Shown: piece by piece, positions 32,510 to 40,917 of the stretch
Layout: each line of letters starts with the position of its first letter
Numbering within the stretch: position 1 is the first letter of the stretch
DNA from: an uncultured Verrucomicrobiae bacterium
GTDB taxonomy: Bacteria > Verrucomicrobiota > Verrucomicrobiia > Limisphaerales > UBA11358
NCBI GenBank assembly: GCA_963786375.1
Contig: CAWAYP010000008.1
Coordinates: forward strand, 659 to 64,658
Reading direction: 5' to 3'
Length of the DNA stretch: 64,000 nt
Translations under genes and position numbers: made by a program
The notes under the pieces: model-generated
Told to the model about the DNA's origin: nothing
Database searches by the model: none
Seen by the model: only the letters and a program-made list of their open reading frames with translations

Positions 32510-33442
32510 ATGGCGAAACCTGCTTTGGGACGCGGCCTCGGCGCGCTGTTGGGCGGCAGTCCGGTTTTGACTCAACCCGCCCCGGCACCAAGTGTTCAGT
32601 CCCCTCCTGCAATCCCGGACCCCGCGCCCGGCCCGCGCGAGCATGTGCAGCGCGTGCCCCTGGACCGCATCCGGCCGTGCCCCCTCCAGCCGCGCAAGGA
32701 TTTCTCCGCCGAGGCCCTGCGCGAACTGGCTGATTCCATCCGCGAACAAGGCATTGTGCAACCGCTCATCGTCCGTGAGCGCAACGGTTATTTCGAATTG
32801 ATCGCCGGCGAACGCCGCTGGCGCGCCGCGCAGTTGTTGCAACTGCCGGAGGCGCCCGTCATCGTCCGCCAGGCCGACGACCGCGCCGTGCTCGAACTGG
32901 CGCTCATCGAAAATCTCCAGCGCGAAAACCTCAACGCCATCGAGGAAGCGCACGGCTACGCGCAACTCGCCGAACAATTCCAGCTCACCCAGGAGGAGAT
33001 TGCCGGCAAGGTGGGCAAAAGCCGCGCCGTGGTGGCCAACGCCCTGCGGCTGCTCAAACTCCCGCTGGCCCTTCAAAATTTCATCCGCGACGGACGGCTT
33101 TCCGTCGGTCACGCCAAGGTCATTCTCGGCCTGGCGAGCGGGAAGGACCAAACACTCGTCGCCGAGCGCGTCATCAAGGAAGGCCTGAACGTCCGCCAAA
33201 CCGAAGGTTTGCTCGCCCGGCTGCACCAGCGCGGTTCGCGCCAGACCGCGCCCCGGCCGGAATCCCTGGCCGCGCCCGCCGGCGACCCGCACGTGGCGGA
33301 TTTGGAGGACCGTCTGCGCGAAGTCTTCGCCACCAAGGTGCAACTCCACTACACAGAGGGCAAAGGCACGGTGGAAATTTCCTTTTTCAGCGACCAGGAA
33401 CTGGAGCGGATTCTGCAAATTCTCGGCGTCGCCGCCGGTTAA
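32510..33442 (+). CDS. parB: Chromosome partitioning protein ParB/Spo0J
   Basis: Motifs present: LGRGLGALLG, PLQPRKDF, GIVQPLIVRE, ELIAGERRWRAAQL and an HTH segment. Confidence 0.9.
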   Translation: MAKPALGRGLGALLGGSPVLTQPAPAPSVQSPPAIPDPAPGPREHVQRVPLDRIRPCPLQPRKDFSAEALRELADSIREQGIVQPLIVRERNGYFELIAGERRWRAAQLLQLPEAPVIVRQADDRAVLELALIENLQRENLNAIEEAHGYAQLAEQFQLTQEEIAGKVGKSRAVVANALRLLKLPLALQNFIRDGRLSVGHAKVILGLASGKDQTLVAERVIKEGLNVRQTEGLLARLHQRGSRQTAPRPESLAAPAGDPHVADLEDRLREVFATKVQLHYTEGKGTVEISFFSDQELERILQILGVAAG

Positions 33443-33484
33443 AAATTGCGCGCGTCCCCCGGTTTCTGCAAAACTTCATGACGA

Positions 33485-34615
33485 ATGAACACACCTGAAT
33501 TACGCGAACAATGCGCCCGGCAACTCCTCGCCGGCGCCGATGCCGCCGGGCGCCTGACGGCTTTTGTGGGACTGGACGGCTTTGTGGATGAAATCCTCCA
33601 TGTCGTGGACAAGCGCGACAGCGCCGATTCGTTTCAACGGCTGGCGACGATTCCCCAACTGGCCGCGCGCGTGGCCGCGGCGGCGGGCAAAAGCACCAAC
33701 ATCGAAATCGTCAACCGCGTCACCAAGCTCGGCGGCAACGGCCCCATCATGGCCAACGCCCTCGCGAGCTTCGGCTTGAAGGTCACCTACCTCGGCACCC
33801 TCGGCTGGCCGGATTTGCATCCCGTCTTTGCCGCCTTCGCCAAACGCGCCGAAGTCCATTCCATCGCCGAACCCGGCCACACCGACGCCTTGGAGTTCGA
33901 CGACGGCAAAGTCATGCTCGGCAAAATTTCGTCGCTCAAGGACGTGAACTGGCCGAACATTGAAGCGCGTTTTGGCCGCGACCAATTCGCCGCCCAATTT
34001 TCCAGCGCCGATCTCGTCGGCTTTGTGAATTGGACCATGCTGACCCACATGAATGAAATTTGGGAGGCGGCGCTCCGGGAAATTTGTCCGGGCATGACCG
34101 GCAAACGCCGCTTGATGTTTTTTGATCTGGCCGACCCCGAAAAACGCAAACCGGACGACATCCGGCAGGCGCTGAACACGATTGCCCAATTCGGGAGGTT
34201 TTTCGATGTCATCCTGGGCTTGAATGAAAAGGAAGGCTGCGAAATCGGCGACGTGCTGGGGCTGAACACCCGCGACCGCTCGCCCGGCGGGCTGGGCAAG
34301 CTCGCCGTGGAAATCAACCGGCGCGTGCCGGTAAACACCCTCGTCATCCATCCCGTCAGCTACGCGCTGGCCGTGAGCCAGGGCATGGTTTCCCTGGTCG
34401 AAGGCCCGTTCACGCCCAAACCCGTCATCACCACCGGCGCGGGCGACCATTTCAACTCCGGCTTTTGCCTCGGCAAATTGCTCGGATTGGACAACGCGCA
34501 ATCCGTCCTGACCGGCGTCGCCACCAGCGGCCATTACGTCCGCACCGCGCAAAGTCCAACCATCCCGGACTTGGCCAAAATGCTCCGGTCCTGGCCGAAA
34601 GAAAGTGACAGGTGA
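33485..34615 (+). CDS. PfkB-family carbohydrate kinase
   Basis: C-terminal TTGAGDHFNSGF (the PfkB GAGD signature). Confidence 0.65.
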   Translation: MNTPELREQCARQLLAGADAAGRLTAFVGLDGFVDEILHVVDKRDSADSFQRLATIPQLAARVAAAAGKSTNIEIVNRVTKLGGNGPIMANALASFGLKVTYLGTLGWPDLHPVFAAFAKRAEVHSIAEPGHTDALEFDDGKVMLGKISSLKDVNWPNIEARFGRDQFAAQFSSADLVGFVNWTMLTHMNEIWEAALREICPGMTGKRRLMFFDLADPEKRKPDDIRQALNTIAQFGRFFDVILGLNEKEGCEIGDVLGLNTRDRSPGGLGKLAVEINRRVPVNTLVIHPVSYALAVSQGMVSLVEGPFTPKPVITTGAGDHFNSGFCLGKLLGLDNAQSVLTGVATSGHYVRTAQSPTIPDLAKMLRSWPKESDR

Positions 34616-34630
34616 CCAGTGACCAATGAC
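34605..34630. repeat. GTGAC-rich low-complexity repeat, left flank of the four-helix-bundle cassette
   Basis: gtgacaggtgaccagtgaccaatgac; it is complementary in motif to 35033-35068. Confidence 0.6.
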
Positions 34631-35077
34631 GGAAAATCAACCAACGCGGCGAATGCAGACCGGCTGGAGTCTTTTGGAATTTACCAACCGGCGGGGCAAT
34701 TGTTCGACGACTTTTGGCTCGACGCTGACGGTATGGAAAAAGATTTTCGCGGGCGCGAACTGGCCCGGCAACAAGTGCGAAGTTTGGATTCCATCTGCGC
34801 CAGCATCGAAGAGGGCTTTGGCCGGGGTTTTGGAAAAGAACTGCCGCGGCACTTAAAAATCGCGCGGGGCGAGGCGCGGGAAAGTCAGGGGCGGTACAAA
34901 CGATGCCGGCATCTGCTCAATGGAGAAATCATCAGTAACCGGGTTGCCACGCTGGACCACATCATCGGCGGTTTGACCAAAACCATTTCAACCATTGAAG
35001 GACGGCAAAAAAATACCAGAAACGCGCCGGCTGTCACTTCCCGTCACCCGTCACCCGACACCCGTCACTCCCCATGA
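34619..35077 (+). CDS. Four-helix-bundle protein (23S rRNA intervening-sequence protein family)
   Basis: SICASIEEGFGRGFGKELPRHLKIARGEARESQ matches the core I associate with the IVS/four-helix-bundle family. Confidence 0.6.
   Translation: MTNDGKSTNAANADRLESFGIYQPAGQLFDDFWLDADGMEKDFRGRELARQQVRSLDSICASIEEGFGRGFGKELPRHLKIARGEARESQGRYKRCRHLLNGEIISNRVATLDHIIGGLTKTISTIEGRQKNTRNAPAVTSRHPSPDTRHSP
35033..35068. repeat. GTCAC-rich repeat, right flank of the four-helix-bundle cassette
   Basis: gtcacttcccgtcacccgtcacccgacacccgtcac. Confidence 0.6.
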
Positions 35078-35643
35078 TTCTGCCCGTTGTCAAATACGGC
35101 CACCCCGTCCTCCGGCAAAAAGGCGCGCGCATCGAACGCGTCACGCCGGAAATCAAAAAACTGGCGGCGGACATGCTCGAAACCATGCACGCCAGCAACG
35201 GCGTCGGCCTGGCCGCGCAGCAAATCGGCCGGGCGCTGCAACTCACGGTCCTTGATGTGCGCGAAGCCAAGGACCGCCCGTCCTGGCTCGAACTGGATGG
35301 CCAGCCCGCCGACGTGAACGGCCTCATGCCGCTCGTTTTGATCAATCCCGAAATCAAACCCTTCGGCGATTCCGTCGCCGGCGGCGAAGGCTGTCTAAGT
35401 TTCCCCGAAATTTTCGGGGAAATTGTGCGGCCCGGAAACGTGGACGTAAAAGCGTTGAATGAAAAAGGCAAGCCGGTTGAATTCCGCTGCGGCGGATTGC
35501 TCGCGCGTGCCATTCAACACGAAGTGGACCACCTCAACGGAATTTTGTTTATCGACCGGATGGACAAAAGCACCAAGGAAGAACTGCGTCCGCAGTTGGA
35601 TGCCCTCCAAGCCGCAACCAAGGCGGAACTGCAAAAAAAATAA
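35074..35643 (+). CDS. def: Peptide deformylase
   Basis: The three deformylase motifs GVGLAAQQIG, EGCLSFP and QHEVDHLNG are present. Confidence 0.9.
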   Translation: MILPVVKYGHPVLRQKGARIERVTPEIKKLAADMLETMHASNGVGLAAQQIGRALQLTVLDVREAKDRPSWLELDGQPADVNGLMPLVLINPEIKPFGDSVAGGEGCLSFPEIFGEIVRPGNVDVKALNEKGKPVEFRCGGLLARAIQHEVDHLNGILFIDRMDKSTKEELRPQLDALQAATKAELQKK

Positions 35644-35783
35644 TTGCATTTCTCCCCCTTTCCGCGTTGCGAAGCAATGGGAGGGTACCTGCCAGCCGGG
35701 TGAGGGATTTAGCTTGCTAAGATGCCGCCTAACAGGGCGCGAGGCTGTGCAAAAAGTCTGGCGGAGCGGTCAGCAAAAGTTTT

Positions 35784-35817
35784 GCCGGCGGTTCGAAAGT
35801 TTGGGCCGCCGGTTTTT
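35784..35817 (+). terminator. Candidate rho-independent terminator downstream of def
   Basis: Stem ccggcgg/ccgccgg (35785-35791 and 35806-35812) followed by TTTTT. Confidence 0.35.
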
Positions 35818-35951
35818 GCTTTCCGGAGTCGGAATCGGGTCGGATAATAGCCGGGGACGATTATAGGTTCGGCGGACGGGAAAATGGGTGTTGCCGCCCG
35901 GTTCAGACTCGTTGCGGGACTTTGACCTTTCCCACCGCTGACTGGGCAGGG

Positions 35952-36797
35952 TTACATTGCGCTTTCACCTACTTGAAATCGCACAAACCGGCGGACGGTA
36001 ATTTCGTCGCCGAGCTGCTTGGCAATTTGGGCAACATGCTCCTTCACACTCACTTCGGAATTTCGCTTCACAAATCCCTGATCCACGAGGCAGTAAGTCT
36101 GGTAAAACTTGTCCAGAACGCCCTGCAGTATTTTCTCCATCGCCTGCGCCGGCTTGCCTTTGAAGCGGTCGGATTGCGAGGCGATCTCGCGTTCCTTGGC
36201 GATGACGTCCGCGGGAACCTGTTCGCGGGAGACGGCGTGGGGATGTCCCGCCGCGATTTGCAGCGTGATGTCCTTGACGAGCTGTTTGAATTCGTCCTTG
36301 GCGGCGGTTTCGGCCTTGCCCGCTCCCACTTCCACGAGCACGCCCACTTTCGCGCCGGTGTGGATGTAGGCGGCAATCAGCCCGTTGCCGTTGACTTCCA
36401 TTTTCGCGTGCCGGGCAATTTTGATGTTCTCGCGGATTTTGGCGACCATCGCCTCGCGTTCCGCTTCGAGGTCCGGACCGGCCCCGGTCGCGTAACGTTT
36501 TGCCACCTCGTCGCAAAACGCCCGGAAGGTTTCATTGCGCGCGACAAAGTCCGTCTCGCTGTTCACCTCCACAAGCACGCCCAATTTTCCGCCCGGCGCG
36601 ATGTATTGGGCAATCGCGCCCTCCTTCGCCTCGCGCGCCGATTTCACGGCGGCGGTCGCCTGGCCCTTTTTGCGCAGAATTTCCACGGCGGCATCGAGGC
36701 CGCCTTTGGCTTCAACGAGCGCCCTTTTGCAGTCCATCATGCCCGCCCCGGTCATTTCGCGGAGCTTGGCAACGTCAGCAGAATTAATTTCAGCCAT
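35952..36797 (-). CDS. tsf: Elongation factor Ts
   Basis: N-terminal UBA-like VAKLREMTGAGMMDCKRALVEA, in the tsf-rpsB arrangement. Confidence 0.9.
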   Translation of the reverse strand: MAEINSADVAKLREMTGAGMMDCKRALVEAKGGLDAAVEILRKKGQATAAVKSAREAKEGAIAQYIAPGGKLGVLVEVNSETDFVARNETFRAFCDEVAKRYATGAGPDLEAEREAMVAKIRENIKIARHAKMEVNGNGLIAAYIHTGAKVGVLVEVGAGKAETAAKDEFKQLVKDITLQIAAGHPHAVSREQVPADVIAKEREIASQSDRFKGKPAQAMEKILQGVLDKFYQTYCLVDQGFVKRNSEVSVKEHVAQIAKQLGDEITVRRFVRFQVGESAM

Positions 36798-36843
36798 ATA
36801 AATGGGTTAAGAGTTGAGAGTTAACAGTTGAAAGCGCCCGGCA

Positions 36844-37689
36844 TCAAGCCGGCCGCGGTACGGCCCCGGTTACGACCGGGGCGGCCGCCGCCGCAGTTTG
36901 AGCGGCGGGCACTTCGGCCGGGACGGTTTCTTCCGGCGCGGGCCGGCGCGCGTGTCTGGCCTCAAATTCGGCGTGCGCCTGCGTGATGGCCTGGCCAATC
37001 GTCGCCAGGATCATGCGCACGGAGCGGATGGCGTCATCGTTCGCGGCAATGGGATAATCCACCAGGTCGGGATCGCAATTGGTGTCCACCAGCGCGACGA
37101 GCGGCAGCTTGAGCTTGCGCGCCTCGGCAACGGCGTTGTGCTCGCGCTTGATGTCCACGACAAACATCGCGGCGGGAATCCGGTCCATCGCGCGGATGCC
37201 GTCAAAATACTTTTGCAACCGGCCGGCTTCGCGGCGGATGACGGCTTGTTCCTGCTTGCCGTAATGGGCCAGCGTGCCATCGGCGTCCATCTTCTCGATT
37301 TCCTTGAGGCGCCCGATGGAGCGTTTGATGGTGTTGAAATTCGTCAACGTGCCGCCGAGCCAGCGTTCGGTGACATAAAACTGGCCGCAATTTTGGGCCG
37401 TTTCCTTGATGCACTGCTGCGCCTGCTTTTTGGTGCCAACAAAAATCACCTTTCCGCCCTTGCGGACCGTCCCGGACAAAAAATCGCAGGCCGCTTCCAG
37501 TTGGACGAGCGTCTTGCTGAGGTCAATGATGTGAATGCCGTTGCGCGCGTCGAAGATGAACGGCTTCATCTTGGGGTTCCAACGCCGCGTTTGGTGTCCG
37601 AAATGGACACCGGACTCCAATAATTCTTTGATGCCAATGCTGAGCACAAGTTTCCTTTGGTTGAGGCCCCGAATTTTTCGCAGCGGCAC
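36844..37689 (-). CDS. rpsB: 30S ribosomal protein S2 (true start probably internal, near 37640)
   Basis: LLESGVHFGHQTRRWNPKM is present, with a C-terminal Ala/Pro-rich extension. Confidence 0.9.
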   Translation of the reverse strand: MPLRKIRGLNQRKLVLSIGIKELLESGVHFGHQTRRWNPKMKPFIFDARNGIHIIDLSKTLVQLEAACDFLSGTVRKGGKVIFVGTKKQAQQCIKETAQNCGQFYVTERWLGGTLTNFNTIKRSIGRLKEIEKMDADGTLAHYGKQEQAVIRREAGRLQKYFDGIRAMDRIPAAMFVVDIKREHNAVAEARKLKLPLVALVDTNCDPDLVDYPIAANDDAIRSVRMILATIGQAITQAHAEFEARHARRPAPEETVPAEVPAAQTAAAAAPVVTGAVPRPA

Positions 37690-37945
37690 TTTGTGAGCGC
37701 CGCTTTTCGGCGGTCATAGACCGCCGCCGCATTTCAGGGCATCCCGCGGAACACGGGATTCAGTTTGATGTTGTTGCGGCCTCCGCCTTCACTCAAAGGC
37801 GGAAATTGAGGCCGTTTTTCCCCCCGCCAATTCCGGCGAAAAGATGGGTGAGCATAGCAAAACCATAGAAAGTAGCAATGGTTATTTTCGCGAAATCCGG
37901 CCCCGTTCGCTTGTCAAAATCCGGCCGTTGCATTACTTTCCAAAA

Positions 37946-38917
37946 ATGTCGTTGAACAAGCATCTTGTTTTGCTGGCCCTGCTCTGCGGCGGCCTGACCG
38001 GCGCCTCCGCCGACACGATCCACCTCCAGGGCAACGACGCGGTCACCGGCAAAATCCTGGCGGAAAAACCGGATGCCGTGGTGGTGGACGTGGGATACAC
38101 GGTGCTGGTTGTGCCGCGCAGCGCCATTGTCAATATTTCCCAGGCCGGCAACGCGTTGGCCCGGCTGGCCGCGACCTCCAGCCCGTTGCTGAACGCCAAC
38201 CCGCCGGCGCAATTCTACTCCACCGACGGGGGGCGCGCGGCCGCGGCCAGCGACGTGCGCGACCTCGTCAAACAAATCGGCGAGGCCGTCGTGCAGGTGC
38301 GCACCCCGGGCGGGCTGGGTTCGGGATTTTTCATCAACGCGGACGGTTATCTGATCACCAATTTTCACGTCATTGAGGGCGAGACGGAAATCAGCGTCGA
38401 GGTTTACCGGCATGTGGACGGGCAGCTCGACCGGGAGACGTACCGGCAGGTGCGCATTGTGGCCATCAACAAATTTCAAGACCTGGCGTTGTTGAAAATC
38501 GAGGACCAGAACGCGCCCAAATTCAAATACGTCACGCTCGGCAGCACGGACACGTTAAACGTGGGCGACGCGGTTTTCGCCATTGGCAGCCCGATGGGGC
38601 TGGAGCGCACGGTGACTTCGGGCATCATCAGCACCAAGACGCGCGAATTGGAGGGCCAGCTTTATTTGCAGACGACCGCGCAGATCAATCCCGGCAACAG
38701 CGGCGGCCCGCTGTTCAACATGGCGGGCCAGGTCGTTGGCGTGACGAACATGAAAATCATGTTCGGTGAAGGCCTGGGTTTTGCCATTCCAATTGAGCTG
38801 GTGAGAAACTTTCTCGATCACCGCGACGCCTTCGCCTATTCCACCGACAACCCCGGCAGCCCGTATCGTTATCTGCCGCCGCCCGGCAACCTGCTCCAGA
38901 AAGCCACGAAGGAATGA
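37946..38917 (+). CDS. Secreted trypsin-like serine protease (S1C/HtrA-like, no PDZ seen)
   Basis: Signal peptide MSLNKHLVLLALLCGGLTGASA. The catalytic triad contexts are TNFHV, DLALLK and GNSGGPLF. Confidence 0.75.
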   Translation: MSLNKHLVLLALLCGGLTGASADTIHLQGNDAVTGKILAEKPDAVVVDVGYTVLVVPRSAIVNISQAGNALARLAATSSPLLNANPPAQFYSTDGGRAAAASDVRDLVKQIGEAVVQVRTPGGLGSGFFINADGYLITNFHVIEGETEISVEVYRHVDGQLDRETYRQVRIVAINKFQDLALLKIEDQNAPKFKYVTLGSTDTLNVGDAVFAIGSPMGLERTVTSGIISTKTRELEGQLYLQTTAQINPGNSGGPLFNMAGQVVGVTNMKIMFGEGLGFAIPIELVRNFLDHRDAFAYSTDNPGSPYRYLPPPGNLLQKATKE

Positions 38918-40911
38918 ACGATTTGTTTTTGGCGCAACGCCGGCCGCAGCTGATTTCCCGCCGGTTATTTATGATCGCGTCCCTCTTCCGTCTCCCGCGC
39001 CAACGCGCCACCGGAATTCTTCTGGCCGGGTGCTTGACGCTGCTGGCCCCGGCGTCCCTGCGGGCGGCCATTCCGCCCGCGGAAAATCTGCTGCCAAGGG
39101 ACACCTTGCTGGTCCTCACCGTGCCCGATTTTGCCGCGCTGCGGGCCGACGCGCGCCAGTCGCCGCAGTGGCAGTTCTGGAACGACCCGGCGATGAAACC
39201 GTTTCGCGACAAATTCATGGCCCAGTGGAATGAAAGTTTCGTTGCGCCGCTCGAACGCGATCTGGGCGTCAAACTCGGCGACTTCACCGATTTGCCGCAG
39301 GGCCAGTTGACTTTTGCCGTCACTCAAAACGGCTGGAATGGCGGCGACGACAGCCCGCCGCCCGGCCTCCTGGTGCTCCTTGACGCCAAAGACAAAAGCA
39401 ACCTGCTCACAACGAACCTGGCCAAACTCCGCCAAAAATGGCGGGCGGCGGGCAAGCCCATCCACACGGAAATGGTCCGGGGCATTTCATTTTCCGTGGC
39501 GCCACTGGCAAGCAATGACGTTCCGCCAACCCTCGCGTTCCTGTTTCCCCAGAGCCAGCCCGTTCAGGAACTGGGCCGGAAAACCACGGTCCCCAAGCCC
39601 GGCGAACTGGTGATCGGCCAGTTTGGGTCCCTGTTGATTGCCGGCAACTCCCTCAAGGCGGTCGAACCCGTCGCGGCGCGGTTGACGGGCGGCGCGTGGC
39701 CGCCGTTGAGCGACAACCCGGTTTTTGCCGCCGACCGGCCGGCGCAGTTTCACGGCACGCCGCTGTATTATGGCTGGTTCAACGCCAAAACCGTTTTGGA
39801 CGTGCTCGCGCACATTTCCCCGCCGCAGCCAAATCCCGAAGCGCCAAGTCCCCTGCCCCAAGTTCCCTGGAACCAGGTCCTCGACGCCTCCGGCCTGACC
39901 GGCTTGAGATCGGTCAGCCTCAGCTATTACGAATCCCACGCCGGGGCGCAGTTCAACGTGTTCCTGTCCGTGCCGGCGGCCGCCCGGCAGGGCATTCTCC
40001 AAATGATTGCCGCCGCGCCGAAGGACGCGAACCCGCCGGGTTTTGTGCCCGCCGACGCGGTGAAATTCTTCCGTTGGCGGATTGACGGCCAGCGGGACTG
40101 GGCCGGGTTCCAAAAAATGCTGGGAAACATCTCGCCCGCCGCCCTGAACAGCCTCAATTCCGTGCTCGATATCGCCAACGCCGCCGCGCAGCAAAAGGAC
40201 CCGAACTTTGACATCCGCCAGAACCTCTTCGCCAACCTCGGCGATGATTTCATCAGCTATCAAATGGCGCCCAAAGGAACCAGCCCGGCCGATTTGAACA
40301 ACACCCCTTCCCTGCTCCTGTTTGCCGCATCCAATCCCGACCAGACGGCCCTGGCCATCAAAAACATCGGGTCCATGCTGCCTTCGGAACAAAACCCGCC
40401 GGAACCGCGCCTTTTTCTGGGGCGAAAAATTTACACAATTCCCCTGCCCCACCGCCGCGCGCCGGAAGGCTCCAATCTGGTTTCGCGTTCCCTGTACTGC
40501 GCCGCCAGCGGCGGTTACGTGGCCCTGACGATGGACGTTTCACTGCTGGAAAATTATTTGCGCAGCGACGAAGGCCACGTCAAACCCCTGCGCGGAATCT
40601 CCGGACTGGCCGATGCCGCGCAACGCGTCGGCGGCACCGGCAACGGCCTGTTTGGTTACGACAACCAACGCGAACTCATGCGGATGCTGTTCACCACCTT
40701 GAAAAATGAGCCCGCCGGCGGTGCCAACCCGCTGGCCACCCTGCCGATGGTCTCCCCGGGCATGAATTTCAGCCAATGGATGGATTTCTCGCTGTTGCCG
40801 GATTACGACCAGGTTTCCAAATATTTTTATTTCACCGTTTATGGCGGCAACACCACCGTGAACGGGCTGTCGTTCAAATTTTTCACCCCGCGCCCGCCGC
40901 AGTTGAATTGA
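38914..40911 (+). CDS. Hypothetical secreted protein (665 aa)
   Basis: Long intact ORF with an ATGA overlap with the protease gene and a signal-like LLAGCLTLLAPASLRA. Confidence 0.6.
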   Translation: MNDLFLAQRRPQLISRRLFMIASLFRLPRQRATGILLAGCLTLLAPASLRAAIPPAENLLPRDTLLVLTVPDFAALRADARQSPQWQFWNDPAMKPFRDKFMAQWNESFVAPLERDLGVKLGDFTDLPQGQLTFAVTQNGWNGGDDSPPPGLLVLLDAKDKSNLLTTNLAKLRQKWRAAGKPIHTEMVRGISFSVAPLASNDVPPTLAFLFPQSQPVQELGRKTTVPKPGELVIGQFGSLLIAGNSLKAVEPVAARLTGGAWPPLSDNPVFAADRPAQFHGTPLYYGWFNAKTVLDVLAHISPPQPNPEAPSPLPQVPWNQVLDASGLTGLRSVSLSYYESHAGAQFNVFLSVPAAARQGILQMIAAAPKDANPPGFVPADAVKFFRWRIDGQRDWAGFQKMLGNISPAALNSLNSVLDIANAAAQQKDPNFDIRQNLFANLGDDFISYQMAPKGTSPADLNNTPSLLLFAASNPDQTALAIKNIGSMLPSEQNPPEPRLFLGRKIYTIPLPHRRAPEGSNLVSRSLYCAASGGYVALTMDVSLLENYLRSDEGHVKPLRGISGLADAAQRVGGTGNGLFGYDNQRELMRMLFTTLKNEPAGGANPLATLPMVSPGMNFSQWMDFSLLPDYDQVSKYFYFTVYGGNTTVNGLSFKFFTPRPPQLN

Positions 40912-40917
40912 CCGCCG

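Noticed and set aside
32117-33418. Long antisense ORFs: 433 aa opposite parB, 33500-34552 opposite the kinase, 41500-43392 opposite the FG-GAP gene, 48388-49866 and 48341-49558 within the TPR gene, 43958-45100, 28814-29776 and 20212-21288.
   Set aside because: Each overlaps a gene with clear family motifs on the other strand or frame. Their products are low-complexity and Arg/Gly/Ala-rich, as expected for stop-poor alternative frames in high-GC DNA.
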